In this document: piece after piece, positions 1 through 9,322 of the stretch
Numbering within the stretch: the stretch's first letter is position 1
Layout: every line of letters begins with the position of its first letter
Assembly (NCBI GenBank): GCA_965208835.1
Contig: OZ242358.1
Coordinates: forward strand, 1,184,001-1,248,000
Length of the DNA stretch: 64,000 nt
Source of the DNA: Candidatus Latescibacterota bacterium
GTDB lineage: Bacteria; Latescibacterota; UBA2968; GCA-2709665
Direction of reading: 5' to 3'
The notes under the pieces: model-generated
Told to the model about the DNA's origin: nothing
Seen by the model: only the letters and a program-made list of their open reading frames with translations
Databases searched by the model: none
Made by a program: the position numbers and the translations under genes

Positions 1-44
1 GAATGAAGAATCGTCGCACACGGAAACTACGGATTGGAAACGAC

Positions 45-782
45 ATGGCGCTCACCGCCGCACAACTCGAACAGTACCGCAACGAGGGCTATGCCGTCGG
101 CGGAAGGATTCTCGATGACGACGAACTTGCAAGGCTTCGCGCCGCACTGGATTCCATTATCGATCGTCTTCCTCCTGACCGCAGGCCCGAGAACATGCCG
201 TCGCTTCATTACGGGAACGGGTACCTGCGCGATCTCTTCCTGAGCGACCGTCTCATCGACGTGGCGGAGCAGCTTGTGGGTCCGGACGTCGCGCTGTTCA
301 CGTCCTACGTCATCAGCAAACGTCCGGACGACGGCCTGGCCGTGGACTGGCATCAGGATGCCGCGTTTTTTCCTGTCGCGCCGATGGATACGTTCACCCT
401 CTGGCTGGCCGTGGACGACTCCGACGTGGATAACGGCTGCATGCGGGTGCTTCCCGGTACCCACCGGCAGCAGTCAGTGCTCTTGCACAAGGTGGATCTC
501 GACTCCGGTACGACGCTCCCGATGTCGCTGGAAGACCTCGACCTCTCCGAAGCCAGAGACGTGCAGCTGTGCGCGGGTGAGTATTCCGTTCACGATCCCT
601 GGATTCTGCATGGGTCCAATCCGAACAAGTCATCCCGGCGGCGCTGCGGTATAACATTGAAATACATCTCGACCCACGCCGAAATCGACCGCACGTTCGT
701 GTCTCCGTCCGGGTTCGACTGGGACGGGCTCCGTCTCTACCTTGCTCGCGGGAATCCCGGCCGCCACAGCTATGTAAACTGA
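45..782 (+). CDS. Phytanoyl-CoA dioxygenase (PhyH) family Fe(II)/2-oxoglutarate dioxygenase
   Basis: WHQD (HxD) motif, W-x-A-x-DD-x(4)-NGC, distal HGS-x-PN-x-S-x-RRR. ATG at 45 preferred over ATG at 3. Confidence 0.88.
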   Translation: MALTAAQLEQYRNEGYAVGGRILDDDELARLRAALDSIIDRLPPDRRPENMPSLHYGNGYLRDLFLSDRLIDVAEQLVGPDVALFTSYVISKRPDDGLAVDWHQDAAFFPVAPMDTFTLWLAVDDSDVDNGCMRVLPGTHRQQSVLLHKVDLDSGTTLPMSLEDLDLSEARDVQLCAGEYSVHDPWILHGSNPNKSSRRRCGITLKYISTHAEIDRTFVSPSGFDWDGLRLYLARGNPGRHSYVN

Positions 783-826
783 TTCTTCGTGTCCTTCCAT
801 GAAGTCTGCGAGATGATAGACAAGAT

Positions 827-2491
827 ATGACGGCAAGCGCTCATCGTTTTGTCCTGCTGACCGACCTCCATCTTTCGGACAACCCGGATACGGCGGCACA
901 CCAGGCGCTTCAGTGGGCCGTCGACCGTGTGAACATGGAGAGACCCGACTTCCTGGCCGTGGCCGGAGACGTCACGACCTTTTCAACGGGCGTTTCGGCC
1001 GAACGCTGCCTGCAAGCGCTGGACCGGGTCGAAGTCCCGGTGCTCTTCACCCCGGGCAACGCTGAACGGCGGGGCGGGCACGCGATGCCGGTGTTTGAAA
1101 CTCTGGCGGCCCCCGATCGCCGGGTGGACGCGTTCGGCGACCTGCGGGTTCTCCTGCCCGATACGTCTACCGGGACCCTTCCTTCCGACGAGCGCTCGTG
1201 GCTGGTCCGGAGCATCGGGTCCAGTCGCGGGGAGCGGCGGTTGGTCATCACCCACTATCCGCTGGACAGGATGGACGGAGAGAGCCGGACGTGGCTGACG
1301 CGCTGGCTCTGTGAAAACCGCGTCGAGCTTCTCGTTGCGGGACACAGCCATTTCCACCGGACCCGGCGCGAAAACGGCGTCGTCGAGGCCGTGGTCCGCG
1401 GACTGGATCCGGACAAGGCCATCGGCGATCTACCCGGAATCAGTCTCTTCGAGAGCGGGCAAAAGGGGGCATGGACGGAGACATTCATCCCCTGGTCGCC
1501 GGCGATCCGGCTGCTGCCGTCGGACCTCCCGAACGACATGCAGCCGGTGGGCTGGTCGATACAGGGCGACCCGGTGACGGCAGCCCGGGAGACCCTCGGT
1601 TCCGGCCTGCACTGCCTCGAAATCCGGCCCGCGGATTTGGATTTTTCCCGGCAGGCGCTTTCCGCGGCGCTTGGCGACGTCCGGGATCAGGGACCGCTGT
1701 ATCTGTCCTATCATCTGCCCGACCTGCGTTGGAATTCAGGGGCCGGACGCGTCGACGGTGTGGATGCGGTCCGGGCGCACCTGGATTGCGCGATGGAAGC
1801 GGGCGCGGACAGCCTGACGGTCCACGTTCCCCGGGCGACCGCCCGCGAAATGGAGCGCGTTCGGGAGCATCGACCGGAAGCGACAGGATGTTTTCTTGCC
1901 TTCGCCAGGACATTCGGAAGCCTGTTCAGGCAGGCGGTCCGCGAGGGTGTGGGGATCGCGATCGAGAATATTCACAATCCCGACAATACGCCTGTGGACT
2001 CGCCGGATCGGGAATTCGCCACGCGGATCGACGAGTACCTGAGATGGATCGACGTGGTTGCGGCGGAGATGGCTGACTTGCCCGGAGCAAGGGTGGGCGC
2101 GTTGCTGGACGTGGGTCATGCGCGGAACAACGGGGGCGATCTGGATAATCTGCAACCGCTCGGCGACTGGTACGCCAGACTCGGGAGGCGAATCCTGGGA
2201 TATCACATCCACCAGGTGGAAACGGATCCCGGGTCGGGCCTCCTTTCCAATCATCACGAAATTACGGATCTGTTCGGCAGCCGGATTTCCTTTGCCGGTT
2301 TCCTGTGGGCGTGGTCCACGCACCAGATCACCCGCGGTCCGCTCTTCGTGGAGGTCCGCGACGCCGAGGGCCGGGTGAAGACGGTCCGACGATTCCAGCG
2401 CCTGTTTGAGAACGCATGCAGGATCCGGGAAGCAGCGGACCTGCCCGGGAGAACCACCTGCACAGTCTCGGGAGCTAACCTTGATTCATAA
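827..2491 (+). CDS. Metallophosphoesterase fused to an AP-endonuclease-2/xylose-isomerase-like TIM barrel
   Basis: N-half has TDLH, GD, GN, THYP and GHSH calcineurin-like motifs. C-half has SYHLP, TVHVP, IEN, LDVGHA, HIHQ and VEVR motifs. The last codons (NLDS*) lie in repeat A1. Confidence 0.75.
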   Translation: MTASAHRFVLLTDLHLSDNPDTAAHQALQWAVDRVNMERPDFLAVAGDVTTFSTGVSAERCLQALDRVEVPVLFTPGNAERRGGHAMPVFETLAAPDRRVDAFGDLRVLLPDTSTGTLPSDERSWLVRSIGSSRGERRLVITHYPLDRMDGESRTWLTRWLCENRVELLVAGHSHFHRTRRENGVVEAVVRGLDPDKAIGDLPGISLFESGQKGAWTETFIPWSPAIRLLPSDLPNDMQPVGWSIQGDPVTAARETLGSGLHCLEIRPADLDFSRQALSAALGDVRDQGPLYLSYHLPDLRWNSGAGRVDGVDAVRAHLDCAMEAGADSLTVHVPRATAREMERVREHRPEATGCFLAFARTFGSLFRQAVREGVGIAIENIHNPDNTPVDSPDREFATRIDEYLRWIDVVAAEMADLPGARVGALLDVGHARNNGGDLDNLQPLGDWYARLGRRILGYHIHQVETDPGSGLLSNHHEITDLFGSRISFAGFLWAWSTHQITRGPLFVEVRDAEGRVKTVRRFQRLFENACRIREAADLPGRTTCTVSGANLDS

Positions 2492-2670
2492 GTTTTCGTG
2501 GACGTTAATTCGGATATGTGCGAGTTAATAAAGGCGATTAGACGGCGGATTACCAGGATACACCAGGTCACTGGACGTAAACTGAAAAAACGTCCTTTTG
2601 GTCGACCTCTACGCCCCATTTCAGGGGTTTTTGTGGCGTCGCCGCGTTGCTGTTTTGTTTCGAATTGGGG
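2479..2670. mobile_element. MITE-like repeat family A, copy 1
   Basis: 192 bp, homologous to 6861-7051, 49480-49670 and 54414-54603. Imperfect TIRs CCTTGATTC...GAATTGGGG, flanked by CTAA/CTAA. Confidence 0.85.
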
Positions 2671-2676
2671 CTAACG

Positions 2677-3750
2677 ATGATTCCTGAATTTGAAGTGAAG
2701 GGATCTCCTTTTCAACGCGGGGAACAGATCGGCCGCCGGTTCATGGCGGAGATACGGGGAAGTCTCGCCCGTTTCTCCGTGATCAGGGAAGTGCGGACTC
2801 GACAGGCCGCCCTGATGGAGGCGATGCGTGGACACCTTCAGAAGGAGTTTCCGGAGATCATCGAAGAGATTCGCGGCATTGCAAGAGGTGCGGAGATATC
2901 CGACGAGGAAGCGTTCTACAAAAATACCTATAACGCCGTCGGTCCCGCGATGGCCGACGATCTCGGCTGCAGCAGCGTGGCATTCGCCACAAGCGACGTT
3001 GGGCCCATCCTCGGCAAGACCGACGACGGGAGATTTCGACCCGATTCGAATCGTCTGGGGGGATTGACGATTCTGACGATACGACCGGAGGCGGGGTACG
3101 ACGTTCTGTGCATCAACCAGATCGGGACGGTGTGGACCGAGTGTGGCGTGAACGAGGCGGGGCTATGCATGGGGACGAACTCCGGACATCCCACGATGAA
3201 AGGGCAGGACGGATCCGGCGTGCCCCAGCACATCGCCCCCCGCCTTGTATTGCAACGGTGCGCGAACGTGAAGGAGTCGGTCGATTTCCTGAGGCAGACA
3301 AGACTGACCGGCAAGGGCATCAACATCGTGCTGGCCGATGCCGAGGGAAACGCGGCCGCTACGGAAAACGCCTGCGACATGAATGGCGTGCGGGGTCCGG
3401 AGCACGGGGTCGTATTCTCCACGAACCACTACTACAGCGAAGAAATGCAGGCCGTGGGCTGGAAGTGGGATCCGGAGTTCATCAGTACGCGGTATTTTCA
3501 GAATTCGATGAACCGGATCGCTCACCTTTACGGGAGATTCGGAGGCGGAGAAAAATCGCTCACGCTGCGGGAAATGCGGGAAGTTCTGATGGATGAACAC
3601 AATCCGGGCGGTCTTTGCCAGCGTCCGCGCAATAACGAAAACAACATGATCACGAATTTCGGCGTGATCCTGGCGTGCCGGAATCGCGAAATGTGGCTAA
3701 ACGAAGGGCTCCCTTCTCTAGACAGGTTCACGCGATATGCGCTGGGTTGA
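2677..3750 (+). CDS. C45 family (Ntn-hydrolase, acyl-CoA:IPN acyltransferase-like) peptidase/amidase
   Basis: G-S-P-F-Q-R-G-x-Q-x-G N-terminus, EEIRGIA, G|CSSVA autocleavage Cys, GVNEAGL, STNHY. Confidence 0.8.
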   Translation: MIPEFEVKGSPFQRGEQIGRRFMAEIRGSLARFSVIREVRTRQAALMEAMRGHLQKEFPEIIEEIRGIARGAEISDEEAFYKNTYNAVGPAMADDLGCSSVAFATSDVGPILGKTDDGRFRPDSNRLGGLTILTIRPEAGYDVLCINQIGTVWTECGVNEAGLCMGTNSGHPTMKGQDGSGVPQHIAPRLVLQRCANVKESVDFLRQTRLTGKGINIVLADAEGNAAATENACDMNGVRGPEHGVVFSTNHYYSEEMQAVGWKWDPEFISTRYFQNSMNRIAHLYGRFGGGEKSLTLREMREVLMDEHNPGGLCQRPRNNENNMITNFGVILACRNREMWLNEGLPSLDRFTRYALG

Positions 3751-3788
3751 ATCCGCAGACGGACCCGTCAGGAGATAGCGAATACCGT

Positions 3789-4601
3789 ATGTCTCAACGT
3801 TCATCGTCCCCGCTGGCCGTTGTGACCGGCGCCGCGAGCGGCATCGGAAAGGCCACGGTGGCGCGCTTCGTCGAAGCGGGTTTCTTCGTTGCGGCTCTGG
3901 ACCGTTCGCGGGACGGGCTGGACCGGCTGAAGCAAACGACAATCGGCCCGCACGTCCACGCGTTCCCCTGCGACATGGCCGAGGTGGGGACCCTCACACC
4001 GCTTGCCGGGCGCATCGTTGCGAAGTTCGGGCCGCCGCGGGCGCTGGTGAATAACGCGGGCGTGTGCCTGTACGCGGATATCACCGAAACGACTGACGAG
4101 ATGTGGGAAACCTCGCTGAACACCAATCTCGTCGGCGCATCGGCGCTCATCCGCGGGTTCGTACCCGGTATGAAGGGCGTGGAGGGGGCGGCGATCGTAA
4201 ACGTGGCTTCGCGCAACGCCCTGTCGAGCAGCCCGCGCGCGGCGACCTATGACGCCGCAAAGGCGGCGCTGCTGGCGCTCACGCGCACGCTGGCCGTGGA
4301 ACTGGGCGGCGATGACATCCGCGTGAACGCGGTGCTGCCGGGGTTTGTCGACACGCCGATTCACGGGGACCTGCTTGAAGACCGGGTTTTCGTGGAGAAC
4401 TACCTCAGGCTGATACCGCTCAACCGGATTGGCAGCCCCGCGGACATCGCCAACATCATCTTCTTCCTGGCGTCGGACGCGGCCGCGTTCGTCACCGGTC
4501 AGGGCATCGTGGCGGACGGAGGGCAGATGTCCGGCCAGAACTACGTCAAGGTGTTCGGAGAACGGGAGTCATTCCGGGCTCGCCAGGAACCGGAAACATA
4601 G
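3789..4601 (+). CDS. SDR family NAD(P)-dependent oxidoreductase
   Basis: TGAASGIG, VNNAG, YDAAK (YxxxK), IRVNAVLPG, ADGG. Confidence 0.92.
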   Translation: MSQRSSSPLAVVTGAASGIGKATVARFVEAGFFVAALDRSRDGLDRLKQTTIGPHVHAFPCDMAEVGTLTPLAGRIVAKFGPPRALVNNAGVCLYADITETTDEMWETSLNTNLVGASALIRGFVPGMKGVEGAAIVNVASRNALSSSPRAATYDAAKAALLALTRTLAVELGGDDIRVNAVLPGFVDTPIHGDLLEDRVFVENYLRLIPLNRIGSPADIANIIFFLASDAAAFVTGQGIVADGGQMSGQNYVKVFGERESFRARQEPET

Positions 4602-4641
4602 ACTGGATACCGGAAATGGTGTTTTTCACAGGAGGTGGGAG

Positions 4642-6822
4642 GTGACGATACAGATTCGCGGAAGGGTGATCGATGAGGGTTCGCAACAGGGCCTGACCGG
4701 GGTTTCGGTTTCGAACGGAGAGCAGATCGTACAGACGGATGGAGACGGTCTGTACGAACTCACCGTGGAAAGCAGCACGCAGCGTTTCGTGTTTATCACG
4801 GTTCCGGACGGGTTTTCCGCGCAGGACGGGTACTACCATTCCACGTTGGACTGGTCGGAAGCGCAAGACGGAGTGAACTTCCGACTTTCGCCGTCTCCAG
4901 ACCGGGCCCGATCGTCGTTCACGCTCGCGCAGATTACCGATACGCACATTGTCACGGAAGATGATACGCACACCTCCGGTCCCGTGCTTGCGCAAGCGCT
5001 GCGCCAGATCGAACAGGAGGCGAAGCCCGACCTGATTTTCGCCAGCGGAGACCTTACGGATTGGGGGACGATTGACCAGTTGACCGCCTTTCGCGACGCC
5101 GTCCGGACGATTTCGACGGCGGTTTTTCCACTGTTCGGCGGACACGACGGAAACCAGGAGCGGATGGGAGGTATTTCCATTGATGAGTTCCTTGAGTTGA
5201 AAGCCACGCCGAACAATCCGAAATTGGCGGAGATCGGCAGAGAGTTCGCCGGTATCCCGGCTACGCTGCACTTCGAGGCGTTTCTCGGTCCAACGTATTA
5301 CAGTCTGGATTGGGGCGGACGCCATTTTGCATTTTTCCCGAATGAAGACTCGTACTACCCTCCGGAGGCCCTTGAGCGCAAGGCGCAGTGGCTCAGGGCG
5401 GACCTGGCGCTGCAACCTGCGGACCGCGAAATCGTCGTCGTGGTACATACGCCGCCGCCCGAATCATTTCTGCGCGAATTGAGCAGGTACAATGTCCGCC
5501 TCGTCCTTCACGGACACTGGCACTCAAGCAGAGTTTCCTCATACGGCGACATGGTGGTGGCCGCCGCGCCGCCGGTCTGTTTCGGTGGAATCGACACCTC
5601 TCCCCGGGGTTACCGCGTGGTGCAGTTCAGCGATCAGGGCGCGGCCCTGGGCCTTCGAGTGCTCCAGGCCGCCGGCACCGCGGCGGAATCCGGTGAGAGT
5701 TCCCCGCGAGACATCGGATTCGACGGGGGATCGCTCCGCCTGCGATGGGAGAGGGAGGTTCCGGGCGGGATTCACCGGGCGGCGCCGGTCTCGTCCGGAG
5801 AACGCGTGTTTCTCAGCCTGCGCGACGAAGGCTGGCCGATACAGGCCGGCGTCTGCTGCCTCGATGCCGCCAGCGGGGAGACGGTCTGGCACACCGTGAC
5901 GGATGCGGCGGTAAAGAACAGCGTGGCTGTCGACGGCGGCGCCTGCGCCGCGGTGTCGGTTAACGGCCGCGTACATCTGTTGGACGCGGAATCCGGCGGC
6001 TCGACGTGGGAAGCTGACCTGCCTGATTATCCCCATCGCTGGGTCTATACCTCTCCGGTGATCGCGGATGGAACGGTCTACGCGGGCGCCAAGGTTGGCT
6101 ACGCGGCTTTCGATCTGGCCACCGGGCGCCGGCTATGGCATTCGGTGAACGAAGACGGTGACAACTGGGCGTGCTACGCCGGCCCGCAGGTCTCCGATGA
6201 CCTGCTTATCCTTCTGGTTCAGCGACGGGGGCTTGTGGCGCTGGACCGCGCGACGGGAGACGTCGTCTGGGAACGTCCGGCGGGTGTCGAATTCCCCTAC
6301 GCCAGGCCGGTTCTGTCGGGAGACCTGATCGTAAGCGGGGGCGGCTCGGCCGACCTTCACCACTACTCAGGCGAGCCCTCGCTTCTCATCGCCGTCGAAA
6401 GGGACTCGGGAGGGGTCGTCTGGAAAAGGCCGATTCTACCCTCCAGGTATCCCACGGGGCTGCTCGTCCACGGCGAACGGATCTTCGCGACCACGCCGGA
6501 CGGCGAAGCCCTTTGTTTCGGCCTGGACGACGGGGCATTGCACTGGCGGTTCCGGACGGGAGACGACCTGCTGGATATGGTTCCCTATCGCCGGGGAGTG
6601 CGGTCCATACTGGCGGCGCCGGTGATGTTCGAAGGTTGCCTGATCGTCTGCGGGTGCGACGGGTTGCTGTACGTGCTGGATCCGGCGACGGGTGCATGTC
6701 TGGGAAGCGCTGCGTTCGGCTCACCGATGACGGCGCCGCCATGCGCGGTGGCGGGCGGGCTGGTTGTTGGAACCAATGACGGGCGGGTCTTCTGTTATGG
6801 GTCGAACGGGACGGGCGTCTGA
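4642..6822 (+). CDS. Metallophosphoesterase with N-terminal beta-sandwich and C-terminal PQQ-like beta-propeller
   Basis: GVSVSNG..TDGDGLY N-domain; TDTH, SGDLTD, GGHD and HGHWH motifs; repeated ALD..G...W propeller blades. GTG start after GGAGG. Confidence 0.8.
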   Translation: MTIQIRGRVIDEGSQQGLTGVSVSNGEQIVQTDGDGLYELTVESSTQRFVFITVPDGFSAQDGYYHSTLDWSEAQDGVNFRLSPSPDRARSSFTLAQITDTHIVTEDDTHTSGPVLAQALRQIEQEAKPDLIFASGDLTDWGTIDQLTAFRDAVRTISTAVFPLFGGHDGNQERMGGISIDEFLELKATPNNPKLAEIGREFAGIPATLHFEAFLGPTYYSLDWGGRHFAFFPNEDSYYPPEALERKAQWLRADLALQPADREIVVVVHTPPPESFLRELSRYNVRLVLHGHWHSSRVSSYGDMVVAAAPPVCFGGIDTSPRGYRVVQFSDQGAALGLRVLQAAGTAAESGESSPRDIGFDGGSLRLRWEREVPGGIHRAAPVSSGERVFLSLRDEGWPIQAGVCCLDAASGETVWHTVTDAAVKNSVAVDGGACAAVSVNGRVHLLDAESGGSTWEADLPDYPHRWVYTSPVIADGTVYAGAKVGYAAFDLATGRRLWHSVNEDGDNWACYAGPQVSDDLLILLVQRRGLVALDRATGDVVWERPAGVEFPYARPVLSGDLIVSGGGSADLHHYSGEPSLLIAVERDSGGVVWKRPILPSRYPTGLLVHGERIFATTPDGEALCFGLDDGALHWRFRTGDDLLDMVPYRRGVRSILAAPVMFEGCLIVCGCDGLLYVLDPATGACLGSAAFGSPMTAPPCAVAGGLVVGTNDGRVFCYGSNGTGV

Positions 6823-6860
6823 CGAGGGCAGAGCCCAACCGCCATCGTTCCCGGAATTAA

Positions 6861-7051
6861 CCTTGATTCGTAAGTCTTCGTGGACGTTAATTCGAATATG
6901 TGGATGTAAATAAAGGCGATTAGAAGGCGGATTACCAGGATACACCAGGTCACTGGACGTGAAGGAAAAAGACGTCCTTCTTTACGTCGACAACGCCCCG
7001 TTTCGGAGGGTTTTATCGCGTCGCCGCGTTGCTGTTTTTTTCGGATTGAGG
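6861..7051. mobile_element. MITE-like repeat family A, copy 2
   Basis: 191 bp, CCTTGATTCG...CGGATTGAGG, flanked by TTAA/TCAA. Confidence 0.85.
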
Positions 7052-7057
7052 TCAAGT

Positions 7058-8485
7058 ATGGATAGACCGGCGTTACATGCAGGCGCGGCACGGCGGGTGA
7101 TCACACCGCCGGTGGGCGTGTCGATGTCGGGGTGGAACCCGCGGGCTTCGGGGAATATCAGGTCGCGGTACGTGCGGGACGACCTCTACGCGAAGGCGCT
7201 GGTGCTGTCCGCCGGTGAACGGGCGTGGGCCCTGGTTGCCGTGGATCTGTCCGGAGTGGATGCGGTTGCGACGGAGGAGATCCGTCACGGCGCTGCGGAG
7301 CGGACCGGACTGAGTCCCGACACGATCATGGTCTGTGCGACGCACACCCATTCGGGACCGGCTTTCTGCCCCGTGGCCACCGCGTACAGCCCTGAAGATA
7401 TGGCCCGCCTGACAATAAGGGGCGACGGATCGGCGCCTGCCGCGATGGGCGAGTTAACGACGGTATCGTCGTCTGCCAGCTGGGTGGGCGAGACGGACGC
7501 GGATTGGAAATCGCGGTTTGTCGCGCAGGCCGTGGAGGCGGTGGAGGAGGCGCACGGCGCGCGGCGTCCGGCTTCGGTGGGGTTCGGTGAGGCCCGGGTT
7601 GCCGGCGTGGCCAGTTCGAGGCGCGTGCTGATGTCCGACGGAAGTTGGGGAGACCCGAGGCGTGACCCCGTCGAGGGCGTCCGCGTGGTTTCGCGCACGA
7701 ATATCGACCCGCTGGTGCGAGTATTCGCGGTGAGAGAGAAGGGGACGGAAGCGCCGCTGGCGGCCGTGATCAATTACGGTACCCATCCGTGGATTTTCTG
7801 CGGATCGGGGATTTCCGCCGAGATCGCGGGCGCGGCGTCCGACCGGGTGGCAAAGACGTTGGGACGGGACGGGGGCGAACCGCCGGTTGTTCTGTATACG
7901 TCCGGCCCCGAGGGCGACGCGACGCCAATTTGGAATGTCGATATCGACGCGGTATGGAAGACCCGACCCGGTGAGGACACCGAAGCAAGTCTCGCAAGAA
8001 GGGAGCGCGGATTCGACCGTGAACTGGCGCGCCTGGGCGGTCGTGTGGCGGACGGGGCGCTGACGGCCGTCCGCGGGATCGTTGGCTGGGACGGGGCCCC
8101 GGAACTCCGGGCCCGCCGGAAGGAGGTCGCACTGCCATTTAAAGAGGGCTACCGTCACGTGGATGACGTCATTCTGGCCGACTGGCAGCGGGACGCGCCT
8201 GAATGTCATCACCTTACAGAAGTGCAGGCGCTCCGGGTCGGCGAAGGGATCTTTCTGGGGCTCCCGGGAGAACCGTTTGTGTCCCTCGGCACGGAAATCC
8301 GGGCTCGATCCGGATCCCGCCGGATGCTGATCGCCGCGCTCGCGAACGAGTTCGGCGCCGTCAGCTACATCGCCGAAAGAGAAGCCTTCGAACAGGGAGG
8401 GTACGAGACCGCGTTCACTCCGTTGGGGCCGGGGAGTGGCGAAGCGCTGGTGGACGGCGCAGTCTCGTTGTTGAACGCGGCGTGA
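7058..8485 (+). CDS. Neutral/alkaline ceramidase-like amidohydrolase
   Basis: ITPPVG, DDLYAKALVL, ATHTHSGP, NYGTHP, LPGEPF, GGYE. The ORF-track N-terminal extension is repeat A2. Confidence 0.78.
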   Translation: MDRPALHAGAARRVITPPVGVSMSGWNPRASGNIRSRYVRDDLYAKALVLSAGERAWALVAVDLSGVDAVATEEIRHGAAERTGLSPDTIMVCATHTHSGPAFCPVATAYSPEDMARLTIRGDGSAPAAMGELTTVSSSASWVGETDADWKSRFVAQAVEAVEEAHGARRPASVGFGEARVAGVASSRRVLMSDGSWGDPRRDPVEGVRVVSRTNIDPLVRVFAVREKGTEAPLAAVINYGTHPWIFCGSGISAEIAGAASDRVAKTLGRDGGEPPVVLYTSGPEGDATPIWNVDIDAVWKTRPGEDTEASLARRERGFDRELARLGGRVADGALTAVRGIVGWDGAPELRARRKEVALPFKEGYRHVDDVILADWQRDAPECHHLTEVQALRVGEGIFLGLPGEPFVSLGTEIRARSGSRRMLIAALANEFGAVSYIAEREAFEQGGYETAFTPLGPGSGEALVDGAVSLLNAA

Positions 8486-8493
8486 CTCCCCGT

Positions 8494-8675
8494 CTACAAA
8501 ACGCGTTCGCGCTGCGCGGCGGCGTCAAGCCCGGATACGATACGGAGGTGTACAGTCTTGGACTGGGATTGAAGGTAAAACCGTGCAGGGCAAGGTGGTT
8601 CGTGTAGATTTCGCTTACAGCGACGGCAACGATTTCGAACCCCCGCTTCGGTTCAGCCTGAGCGGGTCGTTCTGA
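8494..8675 (+). pseudogene. C-terminal remnant of an outer-membrane beta-barrel (PorV/PorQ-like)
   Basis: LQNAFALRGGVKPGYDTEVYSLGLGLKVK, frameshift at AAAA 8577-8580, then TVQGKVVRVDFAYSDGNDFEPPLRFSLSGSF*. Amphipathic strands and terminal Phe; no start or N-terminal part. Confidence 0.55.
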
Positions 8676-8715
8676 CCGGCGCCTGACATCGTCTCATCCT
8701 CTTTAATCAATTCAC

Positions 8716-8748
8716 AAGAAAAACCCCGGTTTTGCCGGGGTTTTTCTT
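8716..8748. terminator. Bidirectional intrinsic terminator
   Basis: AAGAAAAACCCCGG-ttttg-CCGGGGTTTTTCTT perfect inverted repeat with A/T tails. Confidence 0.85.
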
Positions 8749-9322
8749 ATACGTGTTCAATTGCCTTGCGTCGAAAGCCATCCTGAGTTCGCCCTCGGTC
8801 CGCCAGCGTTCGGACGGTGATCAGGGCAGCCGCCGTGATGCGTGAAAGTTGCGACTGTTCGAATGGCGGCGGCTAAGGCCGTTGGCCTGCGTCCGTGGCA
8901 GTCAGGGATGATCACGTCTGGCGTACTGCCCGGTTCAAATCGACACAAAACGCTAAATTTCATCAAAAAATCATCATATAGATGCTCGAATTCAATGATA
9001 GTTCAACGATTTGTCGTTATCTTAAGAATGCCGGGGCACGAAAAGATCGAATCGCGACTTATGAGAAAAAAAGAATTCCTGAAGCGCATTGCACGTATAC
9101 CGCCTCCACGAATGTCGGCTGTTGTTCTCCGCTGCAGGCACACAAATCAACCGGAGTGCGTAACGGAAGGATGTTCAAAGACCGCGTCTTCAATTGGCAT
9201 CACCGGTAGACTACAATTAAGTGAAGGTTCGATCCGACGCTAGAGTACGAGATCTCTGAAGGGGGAAAACCATCCGTAGTCACCTTCGTGAACCCGCAGA
9301 TATCGAAAGGAGAACCGTTATA

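Noticed and set aside
8757-9243. Short ORFs in the spacer before the array
   Set aside because: No RBS, motifs or typical codon pattern; treated as non-coding.
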